A DNA stretch of 58,711 bases from Alphaproteobacteria bacterium (lineage in GTDB: Archaea; Nanobdellota; Nanobdellia; Woesearchaeales; UBA9642). Position numbers and translations under genes: made by a program. The notes below the pieces were generated by a model, which worked only from the letters and a program-made list of their open reading frames with translations, had not been told where the DNA came from and searched no databases. The DNA lies in assembly GCA_035626895.1 (NCBI GenBank), contig DASPMU010000108.1:1-58711 (forward strand). Direction: 5' to 3'. How positions within the stretch are numbered: position 1 is the stretch's first letter; every line of letters begins with the position of its first letter. This document shows, piece after piece, positions 1 to 9,398 of the stretch.

Positions 1-1182
1 AACAGCGAATTTGATGATTTGAAAGTCCAGATAACAGATCTGAAAGATATATTAAATTCTGAAACAAGAGTTAGAAACATAATCAAATCAGAGATGGAAG
101 AAATAATCCATACTTATGGAAGCAAGGATACAAGAAAAACAAAAATAATCGACACAGCAGATGAAGATTCCGAATTTGCTATGGAAGATTTGATCCCTGA
201 CGAAAGCGTAATCATAACATTATCCCATTCAGGATACATAAAGAGATTGCCGCTTGAAACATACAAATTACAAAATAGAGGCGGAAAAGGAGTTATTGCA
301 TCAGATGTCAAAGAAGGAGACTACATTGAAAAATTATTCATCGCAAGAACTCATTCATATCTATTGATCATAACAAACAAAGGCCAGCTATATTGGCTAA
401 AAGCATATAAGATACCTGACGCTTCAAGACAGTCAGCAGGAAAAGCAATCGTGAACTTGCTAGAGCTTGATGCAGATGAGAAAATTAATGCAATAATACC
501 ATTAAAAGAATTCGACGACAAGCATTATCTAGTCATGGCAACAAAGGCAGGTACTATCAAGAAGACAAACTTGATTGAATTCTCAAATCCTAGAAAGGGT
601 GGAATTGCTGCAATCAATCTTGATGAATCAGTAAAGGATGAGCTTGTAAATGTAGTTCTAACTGACGGAAAACAAGATATAATACTTGCAACTGCAAAGG
701 GAGTTGCTTCAAGATTCAGCGAAGAAGATGTAAGATCAACTGGAAGAACAAGCCAGGGAGTTCGCGGCATAAGACTTGAAGAAAATGACAAAGTAATAGG
801 AATGATCATTGCAGAAGATTCACAGAAAATCTTGACGCTTACTGAGAATGGCTATGGAAAGATGACAGAGATGACTGAATACAGGAAAATCAACAGGGGC
901 GGAAAAGGAGTAATCAATATCATCTGCTCAGAAAGAAACGGTGACGTTTCAGCAATATTGCCAGTTGTAGATACTGATGAAGTCATGTTCATTTCAAAGA
1001 AAGGAATATTGATAAGAACTAGCTGCGATCAGATATCAACAGTCGGAAGAAATACTCAAGGAGTAAGACTCATCAAGCTTGCAGCAACAGACAAGGCAAT
1101 CAATATGACTAAAGTTGTGAAAGATGATGAGAAAACGCCTGTAGCAGAAATAAAGCCTGATGAATCAGCTGTCCATCAGTAA
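1..1182 (+). CDS. gyrA: DNA gyrase subunit A, C-terminal part (5' end outside window)
   Basis: The frame is open from base 1; the track starts it at a TTG at 19. The translation shows the C-terminal beta-pinwheel with repeated blade motifs NRGGKGVIAS, NPRKGGIAAI, TSQGVRGIRL, NRGGKGVINI, NTQGVRLIKL. Confidence 0.85.
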   Translation, partial: NSEFDDLKVQITDLKDILNSETRVRNIIKSEMEEIIHTYGSKDTRKTKIIDTADEDSEFAMEDLIPDESVIITLSHSGYIKRLPLETYKLQNRGGKGVIASDVKEGDYIEKLFIARTHSYLLIITNKGQLYWLKAYKIPDASRQSAGKAIVNLLELDADEKINAIIPLKEFDDKHYLVMATKAGTIKKTNLIEFSNPRKGGIAAINLDESVKDELVNVVLTDGKQDIILATAKGVASRFSEEDVRSTGRTSQGVRGIRLEENDKVIGMIIAEDSQKILTLTENGYGKMTEMTEYRKINRGGKGVINIICSERNGDVSAILPVVDTDEVMFISKKGILIRTSCDQISTVGRNTQGVRLIKLAATDKAINMTKVVKDDEKTPVAEIKPDESAVHQ

Positions 1183-1214
1183 ATTTTTATTCTTATTCTA
1201 TTTTTATATAATAT

Positions 1215-1889
1215 TCAATTTCCGATTGGCGGCAAATTGCTAATATCTCGAGGATCAATAATATAAGGCTTTTTTCTTCCTCCCGATTCTTCTTTCTTGA
1301 CAAATGTTAATTTACCGTCTTTAACTAAAGGCTCGAGTCCCTGAACTCTGATATTTTTCATGTCAAAATATTCTTTATTTCTATCATAAAACTCCGATAG
1401 CCTGCGTTGAGCATAATTGGCATAACCAGGATATAAGTAATACTTGTTATTATCTACGCCGCCTGTTATTCCTTTCGCAGGATCATTTCTCCAAGTAATT
1501 TTATTGAGTGTTGCATCGATTATGTAAGTAGTATCATTTACGCTAACTTCAAGCCATGCATGGCCTGCCCAAACAGTACTGTCTAATAATCCGATAACTA
1601 CTTCTGATTTTATGCCTTTTTCCTTTAATAAGTAATATAAAAATATAGTATAATCTTCGCAATCGCCAGTTCCTTTTTTTATTGATTCTTGCATAGACTG
1701 CCAATAGTCTTCTGCAATTGATGGACCATCAGATTTAGAATTTAAAATATCACGCACATAATCAAACTCTTCTTCAATAATTTCTATTAAAGTTTTTGGT
1801 CTAATAGGCTCAATATTTTCATATACACATCCAGATAGCGTTGCTGTAAGAAGAGCAATGCCTGCTAATTTCTTTAATCTACTAACCAT
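1215..1889 (-). CDS. Transglutaminase-like cysteine peptidase, probable lipoprotein
   Basis: Lipobox-like N-terminus LLTATLSGC. Cys-His-Asp arrangement GTGDCEDYT ... GHAWLEV ... YIIDAT, typical of the transglutaminase-like fold. Confidence 0.6.
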   Translation of the reverse strand: MVSRLKKLAGIALLTATLSGCVYENIEPIRPKTLIEIIEEEFDYVRDILNSKSDGPSIAEDYWQSMQESIKKGTGDCEDYTIFLYYLLKEKGIKSEVVIGLLDSTVWAGHAWLEVSVNDTTYIIDATLNKITWRNDPAKGITGGVDNNKYYLYPGYANYAQRRLSEFYDRNKEYFDMKNIRVQGLEPLVKDGKLTFVKKEESGGRKKPYIIDPRDISNLPPIGN

Positions 1890-1939
1890 AACAAATTCAG
1901 AAAGTATTCCTCTTTTATAAAGAATATGGATTTGTGTTA

Positions 1940-2947
1940 TTATTTATTTCTGATATTTTTAAACCTTAACCTATCTTGATTTCTTTCATAATATAAGATT
2001 ATGCTATATTCAAGATAGTCGTCCCATGGAAGTTTTTTGTAATTATTTCTAGAAATACCTTTTACTCCTCGTTGAGTCTTGTAAACCAGAGATTCTTTTT
2101 TTGGATCATAAATATATGTTGTATCTGAGCTATCCCACTCCAGCCAAATTCTTCTCTTATCATTAGAATCATAATTTCCATAGACTAAGCGAGAATCAAT
2201 CTTAAACACTTGCATTCGAGATTGCAAATATATTGCCTTATCCTCACTATCGCCTGAATTTAATCTGCTTGTCTCGAGAGGAGATTGCCAGTGATCAAGA
2301 GAATCGAGATCTTCTACATATGTTATTTTGTTTGTTGCATCGATTAGCTGTTTTACAAGAACCATATTTACCTTTGGAGGAATTATTTTCTGATTCACGA
2401 AAATAAGCGTATCTCCATTTCTGGATTTGTAATTATTAATCAAACTATCTAGACGATCCAATTCATCATTGGAATTCCATAACACATAACTGTTTTTTCC
2501 GATGTTCCCTTTTATTCCAGGTCCGTCCCTGTAAAGCAATTCGTATTCTGATGTCGCCTCTAAAATAAACGTAGTGTCATTACTAATATATTGAACCCAT
2601 GCATGATCACTATCATCTGAGACTTGTAATTTCCCTCCAGCAAGCTCGGAATAAATATTTTTATAACATAAACACCTCTGTACGGCCTCGGATTTATCTT
2701 CACAATCCCCAGTACCTAGTTTTTTTGTCTCCTTATTGCTCTGCCAAAGTTCATCAACTCCGTGCACTTCCTTATCGGTTTTATATTCCACAGTCCTATT
2801 TACAGAATCGACACAATATTTTACATCAGAAATATTTACTGATTGATTTTTCGAATGTGGAATCTGAGAATTTGTTGACGTTGATTGGGCATGAAGACCG
2901 GTATATGAACAAAGCGCAATTATGCTTGTGAGCAATAATTTCTTCAA
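1940..2947 (-). CDS. Secreted protein with two transglutaminase-like domains (second degenerate)
   Basis: Signal peptide MKKLLLTSIIALCSYTGLHA. Domain 1 has GTGDCEDKS ... DHAWVQY. Domain 2 has SGDSEDKA ... RRIWLEW, with Cys->Ser and the His lost. Confidence 0.55.
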   Translation of the reverse strand: MKKLLLTSIIALCSYTGLHAQSTSTNSQIPHSKNQSVNISDVKYCVDSVNRTVEYKTDKEVHGVDELWQSNKETKKLGTGDCEDKSEAVQRCLCYKNIYSELAGGKLQVSDDSDHAWVQYISNDTTFILEATSEYELLYRDGPGIKGNIGKNSYVLWNSNDELDRLDSLINNYKSRNGDTLIFVNQKIIPPKVNMVLVKQLIDATNKITYVEDLDSLDHWQSPLETSRLNSGDSEDKAIYLQSRMQVFKIDSRLVYGNYDSNDKRRIWLEWDSSDTTYIYDPKKESLVYKTQRGVKGISRNNYKKLPWDDYLEYSIILYYERNQDRLRFKNIRNK

Positions 2948-3938
2948 TTAACCACCAACAAGTCTTAGTTGTTATTAGAAATTTATAAAGTTAATCCGAA
3001 ATTAGAATAATAAAATAATATAATGTATCGATTTGTTGATTTTTTCGGCTATTAATGTCCCGTAGGTTACTTTCGTTCTTCACTAAATATTAAAGCCTAC
3101 ATCATTGCTTTTAGACGATTTTTGAAATTGTTACAATTTTTGTTGTGTGTAAATTTTCTTTTTTGTAAGCCAATTTCAGTTCCCATCTACGTTTTTACTA
3201 TCTGTAGTCTCATTTCTTCTTTAGTTTTGCCTTCTAAAAACACTGTTATATGTTTTTTTCCGTTGAACTTTTTTCTCCTGCTAACTTTATCATTGTCCTT
3301 TGTGCTACTTTTGTGCGGACCATGATTATAGCCTATACCTCAACTCCTCGATACATTTTATTCTTCTTTGTTTTTTTTACTGTTTTACGAACTTTTGCAT
3401 GCATTCATTCTGCATGACTACTCTTTCCCGCCTGTATCTCTTTTTCCCGGTTTTTTATGCCGTTTCGTCGTCGTTTCTTGTCGTCCCTATTCGATATTTC
3501 TATCAAAGTCGTCGCTTGTTGTCATTAAGGAATGTGAAAGGGGCCTTCCGAGATTTCTCCCGGAAGGTTTAAAGGATTGCGTGAATACTTTAGTGTGAAA
3601 CACTGAAAGTGAACGCTTGTGAACTTGAAGGGTTGAACACTAAAGCTACGAACGTCAGTGAGTTTGCTTTAGTATGAAGCAAATGAATATAGCTAACACT
3701 AATGTTCTTTGTTTTTTATGCTCCCTCGTTGATCTTTATTTGTTGTTATGGATTCAATACTTGAAAAAAAAAACAAGTTGATTGAATGTCAAAGTCATAC
3801 AACACATTGGAACGTTGTATGGGAATAAAACCAAAGTCTTGCTTTCGTCCTACATTGTTCGTAAATCAGTTTTAATAGCCTTCTTTTTTTGGTCCATGCT
3901 GATGGACTTTGAAGGGTGGAAACTCGTCACACTGCCAT
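2948..3938. other. Unusually long non-coding spacer, pyrimidine-rich on the plus strand, with a GC-richer structured part
   Basis: No minus-strand ORF of 60 aa or more. The plus-strand ORFs (3122-4129) translate to F/L/C/S low-complexity nonsense. Hairpin CCTTCCG(10 nt)CGGAAGG at 3544-3567 and a TGAA/GTGAAC-rich stretch at 3590-3700. Confidence 0.5.
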
Positions 3939-4982
3939 TCAATGCTTGCTTATTGTTTCCTGTAGGGTTTGTAAGGTTTTATTCAAGTCATCCAACTTCT
4001 CTACAATCTTCGAGTCTTGCTGCGTCTGCTCGAAATTATACTTTTCAGATAATTTCTTTGCTATCTGCAAACTTTTCTCGATTTTTGCTGTTATCGACTC
4101 TTTTTTCCAATTCGTTTTTCTGTGATTGAATGCCTCTAACAATTCAATCATTCTTGATAGTGAAAAATTGACGCTGCTTGCGATTAATCCAATTCTTAAG
4201 CCTGCTTCTTTTTTCTTTTCTGGGCTCAGGTTGCTAGTTGCGTTGTCTAAATCAGTTAATGCCAGTACAAGCGTGCTTAATGATTGATCGAAGTTTCGAA
4301 CTTCTGAATTAACCTTTTTGCTCATCTTTACTGATTCGCTGATGTTTCGAATGTCGCTTCTGAATATGTACAGTTCTGAGACTGCGCTGTTTGTTGATTC
4401 TTCAAAGCTTAGCTCTTCAACTTGATGCTTTATTTCTATTGACGCAATTTTTGCGATCAAAAGAGCGAATAATGCAGCGCTGAATATCGCTTCTAGTATT
4501 ACTAGCAGCTTTGAATAGCCTAATGGTACAATGTCATTGTATCCAATTGTTAGCGCAGTTATGAAACTGAAATAAATGCTGTTTGCAAAACCATTAGCGT
4601 TTGCCGTTAATGATTCACCGTTGTAACTTAAGTGGTGGGCTGTGAATGATAAACTGAAATATAATATTGCGAAAGCGACTATGCCTAGAGCCCAGATTCC
4701 TGCTATCTGTTTGATAGATAGACTATCAAATACTGTGGACTCTTTCATTTTCGTTATGGACGCTGCGAAGCGGTTGTTTTCAATCGCTTTTTGGATGTTT
4801 TTACTGTATCTAGGTATACACTTTTGTATACCAATATCTACTTTAATGATTGAGCTTATATTTAAATGTTCTGTTTTGTGCTCATTTGTGCGGGAAAAAA
4901 GTGTCCAAAAATGCATATTTTTGCAAATTAATACAAAAAACACTAATTTTATCGACGAGAAAATAAAATCACTATTTTTCAA
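3939..4982 (-). CDS. Ion-channel-like membrane protein (K+ channel-type pore loop) with C-terminal coiled coil
   Basis: Two TM helices flank the pore-loop-like FSFITALTIGYNDIVPLG. The true start may be an internal Met (for example MKESTVF at about 4748). Confidence 0.5.
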   Translation of the reverse strand: MKNSDFIFSSIKLVFFVLICKNMHFWTLFSRTNEHKTEHLNISSIIKVDIGIQKCIPRYSKNIQKAIENNRFAASITKMKESTVFDSLSIKQIAGIWALGIVAFAILYFSLSFTAHHLSYNGESLTANANGFANSIYFSFITALTIGYNDIVPLGYSKLLVILEAIFSAALFALLIAKIASIEIKHQVEELSFEESTNSAVSELYIFRSDIRNISESVKMSKKVNSEVRNFDQSLSTLVLALTDLDNATSNLSPEKKKEAGLRIGLIASSVNFSLSRMIELLEAFNHRKTNWKKESITAKIEKSLQIAKKLSEKYNFEQTQQDSKIVEKLDDLNKTLQTLQETISKH

Positions 4983-5060
4983 ACTGCCTTAAACCGGCTA
5001 AAAAAAGGTTTCAAAACATTTAAATTAAGCACGCCCCAAGATAGAAAAAAAGAGGATCAT

Positions 5061-5576
5061 ATGGCAATAGACAAGCTAGATTTATTATCAAAAGGCTGGA
5101 CTGCAGCAGAGATAAATCATGCATCAAAAATTCTTGAGGAAGCCGAAGATAAGAAAGGCGGAAAAATTAAGTTTGCAGATAAAGCCCTCATAGCAATAAT
5201 GGCTTTTTTGATGATAGGGAATGGTTTTGCTTGTTCAATAATTCTTGTCCCGTTCATATATACAATCAAAGGAAATTTTATTCTTGCACTGGCTGGAATC
5301 GTAGGGCTTTTATTTAGCGTCTTATTTAGCATAATAATATATGACATGGAGCGCATCCACCACAAAAGCGAGACAAATTTGTTTGTTGCTTTTATTGTGA
5401 ATGGAATAATAAACTTTTATCTTATAATAGAAGCTACAGCAAGATTTGGGGCAACTACAACACTCCCAATGAGCCACAACATATACTATGTTGCTGGAGC
5501 ATATCTTGCAGCATTCCTGCTTCCGCAGGTAATATACCAGATGGGCAAAAGAAAAATCATCGATATCAAGGCGTAA
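5061..5576 (+). CDS. Hypothetical polytopic membrane protein
   Basis: ATG preceded by AGAGGA and a TTTAAATT box (about 5019-5026). Several hydrophobic helices. Confidence 0.4.
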   Translation: MAIDKLDLLSKGWTAAEINHASKILEEAEDKKGGKIKFADKALIAIMAFLMIGNGFACSIILVPFIYTIKGNFILALAGIVGLLFSVLFSIIIYDMERIHHKSETNLFVAFIVNGIINFYLIIEATARFGATTTLPMSHNIYYVAGAYLAAFLLPQVIYQMGKRKIIDIKA

Positions 5577-5631
5577 CAATTCACTTTCAACTCATAGAAA
5601 TATTTATAAAAAGTCATACAGTAGGCAAAAA

Positions 5632-6132
5632 ATGGAAAAGGAATTATTCGAATGGACTCTTCAATATGTGAAGAATAAAGATCTCACTTTCAGGAAATTA
5701 GTCAAACATACAGATCATTCTAAAGAAGGATATATTGAATTTGAATTCAAGGACAAGAAAGTCTTCTATTACATAACAGAGAGATTAAATGAGAAAGTTG
5801 TAGATCAAGCAAAAAGCCGAGATCATAAAGTAATAGTCTGCAATAACACTGATGACAATTTCAAATTCCTCATATCTCATTGGAAAAAGCTTTCCGAATA
5901 CAAGAATCTAAGCGTATTATTCGTCAATCTAAAGCTTAATGACAAATGGATAATAAATCCACACACGCATAGCATGATAGCTGATCCTGCAAGCATAGAA
6001 TCAGGCCTTAGGACTATTTTTGACACAGCAAACGGCAAGATTGCAGAGATAAAGGCAGGCAAAAAGAAAGCTTCAATGTTTGAAGAATCCTCAAGTTCTG
6101 AAGAAGATGAAGAAGGATTTGATGATAAGTAA
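5632..6132 (+). CDS. Hypothetical protein with acidic Ser/Glu/Asp tail
   Basis: Clean ORF with TTTATAAA about 30 nt upstream. C-terminus is SSSSEEDEEGFDDK. No family recognised. Confidence 0.4.
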   Translation: MEKELFEWTLQYVKNKDLTFRKLVKHTDHSKEGYIEFEFKDKKVFYYITERLNEKVVDQAKSRDHKVIVCNNTDDNFKFLISHWKKLSEYKNLSVLFVNLKLNDKWIINPHTHSMIADPASIESGLRTIFDTANGKIAEIKAGKKKASMFEESSSSEEDEEGFDDK

Positions 6133-6138
6133 TTTCTA

Positions 6139-6552
6139 TCAGTCTCTTGGAAGTACAAAAGCATACATAGCTTCTTTCTTATAGTATTGGGCAGCTATAA
6201 TTCTGGCAATGTTATTGAAATTTTTATTATATGAAAAAATTTCTACTATGCCTGCATCAAACATTTTTATCGTACCGTAATCAGAAGGAGAACTAATCCA
6301 GTATTTTTTATGTTGTATAAGAAAGATCGCATAAGCAGGAGTTTCTTCATCCGGATGCTTGAATGAATATAGATTTTCTGGCTTTTCAAGCATAAGCTTA
6401 TCAGATATTATATACTTTTTAGGAAGTTGATAGACAATTTCCTGCAAAGAACTATAGCATTTATTCAATGATTTTTGATATGTTGTTAACCTGTTAGAAT
6501 CAGAATAAGATGAAAAAAATTCGAAGGGATTACTCATCGCCCTCTGGTGCAT
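6139..6552 (-). CDS. Hypothetical protein
   Basis: The ORF overlaps the upstream PRC-barrel gene by 23 nt, an operon-like arrangement. No motif recognised. Confidence 0.35.
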   Translation of the reverse strand: MHQRAMSNPFEFFSSYSDSNRLTTYQKSLNKCYSSLQEIVYQLPKKYIISDKLMLEKPENLYSFKHPDEETPAYAIFLIQHKKYWISSPSDYGTIKMFDAGIVEIFSYNKNFNNIARIIAAQYYKKEAMYAFVLPRD

Positions 6553-6796
6553 TTGGTATAGCCTGCCTGTTGATAATCATGATATCACCAATACTCTTTA
6601 CCAAATTATGCGGGATGATTACTCCCTTAGCGCTTCCAAGCACCTTGTTTAAGAATGAATTCTTAGTGGCTCGAACTCTCCAGCCAGTGATCTTAGTATT
6701 CTGGATTATTGCTTCTTCTACGTCGCCAAAATAATCTCCAGTATCAGTAAAAACTCTCATTTCGTAAGTTTCAGAAACTTTTTTCATCTTTAACAT
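6530..6796 (-). CDS. PRC-barrel domain protein
   Basis: Small beta-barrel pattern VFTDTGDYFGDVEEAIIQNTKITGWRV ... GVIIPHNLVKSIGD resembles PRC-barrel proteins. Confidence 0.5.
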   Translation of the reverse strand: MLKMKKVSETYEMRVFTDTGDYFGDVEEAIIQNTKITGWRVRATKNSFLNKVLGSAKGVIIPHNLVKSIGDIMIINRQAIPNAPEGDE

Positions 6797-6894
6797 TTTA
6801 CATCACCTAACTCCTACAGCTCTTCCTCTACACTCTCTTTTTTTAACTACTATGCAAATAAGAATGAGCTTGTTTATATAATTTACGATTTAGA

Positions 6895-7566
6895 TTATCT
6901 TATTATCTCAGGCGCCAGCATCTTGGATTTCAATTGTTCTCCTGGAATCGGCTTAAAAACAAAAGCATTTTCGGAATCAAAATAGCCGCATCGGAACTTA
7001 TCTATAGGAATTCCTGTCCTTTTACTAAGCATGATGGCATAGAAATTAGTCTGTGTTGTCGCGTATTTTTCCCTATGGGCGTTAGGCTTATAGTCCCATA
7101 TCCAGACCAGGCCATTTTCAATTCTCAGGGCGTCAATGTGCCCAGTCAGTGCTTCTTCGCTGTTGAAAAAATCCTTGTAATCCGGAAGTTCGGTTGCAAG
7201 AAGCCAAATTGGAACTTCAACACTTATTGTCATGGCATCATTTTGAAGCATGAACATCTGTACATTTGTGTGAGCTGTAGTGTATTTATCTTCTTCAAGT
7301 CCGTATTTTGCAAGAGAGCAGACTTCATGGCCTGGAACTTTTATCAATTCAACTTCAAATTTCATCCTAAGACTGCTTGATCTAGGTCCTGTCGCGAAAT
7401 AATTATCAGGGCAATTATCCTTGACGTCAAAAAGATACTTTATCATCGAATCCAATTCTTTAGAACATAATTCTTTAGTCTTAGGGTCGTGTATCCTATA
7501 ATGATACCACCAACCATGCTTCAAAGACTTATGAATTATCATAAAACGAATTGCAAGCAAGTTCAT
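6895..7566 (-). CDS. PD-(D/E)xK family nuclease (RecB/Cas4-like core, no Cys cluster)
   Basis: HIDALRIENGLVWIWDYKP (D ... DxK) followed by TTQTNFYAIML (QxxxY). Confidence 0.55.
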   Translation of the reverse strand: MNLLAIRFMIIHKSLKHGWWYHYRIHDPKTKELCSKELDSMIKYLFDVKDNCPDNYFATGPRSSSLRMKFEVELIKVPGHEVCSLAKYGLEEDKYTTAHTNVQMFMLQNDAMTISVEVPIWLLATELPDYKDFFNSEEALTGHIDALRIENGLVWIWDYKPNAHREKYATTQTNFYAIMLSKRTGIPIDKFRCGYFDSENAFVFKPIPGEQLKSKMLAPEIIR

Positions 7567-7647
7567 TATAAATATTTTGGTTGAGAAAAAAGTGTGTCCA
7601 GTGAAGAATTTAGAAAATTTGAATAAAAAAATAAAGATGAAAAGAAT

Positions 7648-7905
7648 TTATCTTCTCTTCTTCTTTGCATGTGAAGAATGATGCACAGAATGCGGATGAC
7701 CATGAGCGAGTGCATGCTCAATCTTTAATTCTTCCTGCTCGATTCTCATAGCTTCTTTCTCAATATGATGAGTCATTCTCTCGATATTCTCATCCATTCT
7801 TGCAATCCTTCGTTCAAGTAGAACTAAAACTCTAAGTGAGTAAACTATTGCTGCAAGAGTACCGATAATAATTGCTAAAATAACGCTATCAGCTGCCATT
7901 CTCAA
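7648..7905 (-). CDS. Small single-pass membrane protein with His-rich basic tail
   Basis: N-terminal TM ILAIIIGTLAAIVYSL, a coiled-coil segment, and the tail HALAHGHPHSVHHSSHAKKKRR. Confidence 0.4.
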   Translation of the reverse strand: MRMAADSVILAIIIGTLAAIVYSLRVLVLLERRIARMDENIERMTHHIEKEAMRIEQEELKIEHALAHGHPHSVHHSSHAKKKRR

Positions 7906-7977
7906 AACACCTCTTTAAAAACTAAGATAAATATATCCTCGCACGGGACATTTAAATAGTTTGCTATTTTTTACAAA

Positions 7978-8373
7978 TCAATTAGACACTCCAATGACTT
8001 GCTCAAAACTTAGTCCCTTGCGCTTTGCAGTAGGAATGTCAATGACATAGCTATTTTCAGTTTTTTCCAAATCTTCAATATTAAAGAAAAACCAATCCAT
8101 CCTGTCAAATTTTATTGCAATCCAGGCTTCAGCGCCGAATTTCTGAGAGAAGAAAATCAATTCCTCGACTTCTTTTTTAGTCAAATATTTCTTAAGATCG
8201 GCAGTAGTCTTGCATTCAATTGCAACTCTGCGAATATTGTTTCCTGCCAAAATATCAGGAGCTGCATACTTCTGGCTTCCCGATCCTGCTGCGCGTATAG
8301 CAACCCATCCTGCAGCATTGAATTTATGTATCAAGTCCCTTTCTGCATTCGATCCTTTAGCTTTAAGATTCAT
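7978..8373 (-). CDS. hjc: Holliday junction resolvase Hjc
   Basis: KGSNAERDLIHKFNAAGWVAIRAAGSGS ... PDILAGNN ... VAIECKTT. Size about 130 aa. Confidence 0.8.
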   Translation of the reverse strand: MNLKAKGSNAERDLIHKFNAAGWVAIRAAGSGSQKYAAPDILAGNNIRRVAIECKTTADLKKYLTKKEVEELIFFSQKFGAEAWIAIKFDRMDWFFFNIEDLEKTENSYVIDIPTAKRKGLSFEQVIGVSN

Positions 8374-8881
8374 TTAGATAGAACCTCTTGATTAATACAG
8401 GCAAATCAAATTTAGCCTTATCTCCTTTTTCAATCATTTCTATTACTTCCTTTGGAGTAAGCCAATAATATTCACAGAAATCATCTTTGTTATAATCAGG
8501 CAGTTCGTCGGTTTTTATTTCATATATTTTTTGAAAACATCTAACACCGTCTAGTGGCCCTAATTTTCCCAAATATTCCCATTTTACAGCATCGATATCT
8601 ACATTTATTTCTTCAAGTGTTTCCCGTCTGAATGCATCTTCATAAGATTCGCCACTAGATACGTGCCCACCTACAGTCATATCGAGCCATGATGGCAAGG
8701 TCTTTTTGTTTTTTGATCTTCTAAATATAAGTAATTTTCCATTAGAGTTTTTTATGAATGCATTTATGACTCTGCAATTAGTCAATTTCTGCCTGTCTTT
8801 TTCAGAGCGCCATATCTGTCCAATTACATTATCGTTTTCGTCGACTAAATCAAGCAATTCGTCAGACATTGTTATCACCAA
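8363..8881 (-). CDS. Nudix hydrolase
   Basis: Nudix box GGHVSSGESYEDAFRRETLEEINV. Paralog of the upstream gene. The start is probably MSDELL at 8869. Confidence 0.7.
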   Translation of the reverse strand: MVITMSDELLDLVDENDNVIGQIWRSEKDRQKLTNCRVINAFIKNSNGKLLIFRRSKNKKTLPSWLDMTVGGHVSSGESYEDAFRRETLEEINVDIDAVKWEYLGKLGPLDGVRCFQKIYEIKTDELPDYNKDDFCEYYWLTPKEVIEMIEKGDKAKFDLPVLIKRFYLNES

Positions 8882-9398
8882 GATATAACCTCTTTACAAA
8901 TTTAGGAAGATCTTGTTTTGCCGAGTGGCCTCCATCTATTCTAGTTATTAGCTGCTGGGGAGAGATCCAATAAAATTTATCAAAATCATTTTTGTCGTAA
9001 TTAGGTACATCTTCACTTCTAATCTCATAAATTTTTTGAAAACAAAAATATCCGTCTTTCGGATGGCCGCTGCCTAGATAGTTATATCCTATTTTAGTTA
9101 TATCCAGTCTTAATTCTTCCCAAGCTTCTCTTTCAATAGCTTGTTCATATGACTCGCCGCTTTTAACATGACCTCCTGCAGAAAAATCTAATCCTAGAGG
9201 ACATACTTTTTGATGGGCTGTTCTTCTTGGAATCCATAGATTTCCATCAGAATTTCTTATGAATAAGTTAGCCCCGCGAAAATGAGTCAATTTTTTTTCG
9301 TGAGCTTCTCTTTTATAGATTGTTCCTATGACATTATCATTATCGTCAACTAAATCTAGAAGTTCATCATTAATCATAATCATTGGAGAAAGAGCCAC
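8862..9398 (-). CDS. Nudix hydrolase (paralog)
   Basis: Nudix box GGHVKSGESYEQAIEREAWEELRL. Shares the N-terminal ELLDLVDxNDNVIG with its neighbour. The start is possibly MINDELL at 9377. Confidence 0.7.
   Translation of the reverse strand: MALSPMIMINDELLDLVDDNDNVIGTIYKREAHEKKLTHFRGANLFIRNSDGNLWIPRRTAHQKVCPLGLDFSAGGHVKSGESYEQAIEREAWEELRLDITKIGYNYLGSGHPKDGYFCFQKIYEIRSEDVPNYDKNDFDKFYWISPQQLITRIDGGHSAKQDLPKFVKRLYLGDNNV

Noticed and set aside
3540-3940. Replication origin (ORB-like GTGGAAAC at about 3915, GTGAAAC-type motifs) or SRP/RNase P RNA (CCGGAAGG, GUGAAAGGGGCC)
   Set aside because: There is only a single ORB-like half-site, no inverted ORB pair and no adjacent orc/cdc6. CCGGAAGG is simply the 3' strand of a plain hairpin, and the conserved SRP and RNase P core motifs are absent.
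3122-4129. Plus-strand ORFs 3122-3325, 3300-3572, 3368-3598, 3782-4129, 3916-4125
   Set aside because: The translations are F/L/C/S-rich nonsense from a T-rich strand. They overlap each other in different frames, or overlap the 3' end of the channel gene. No start context or motifs are present.
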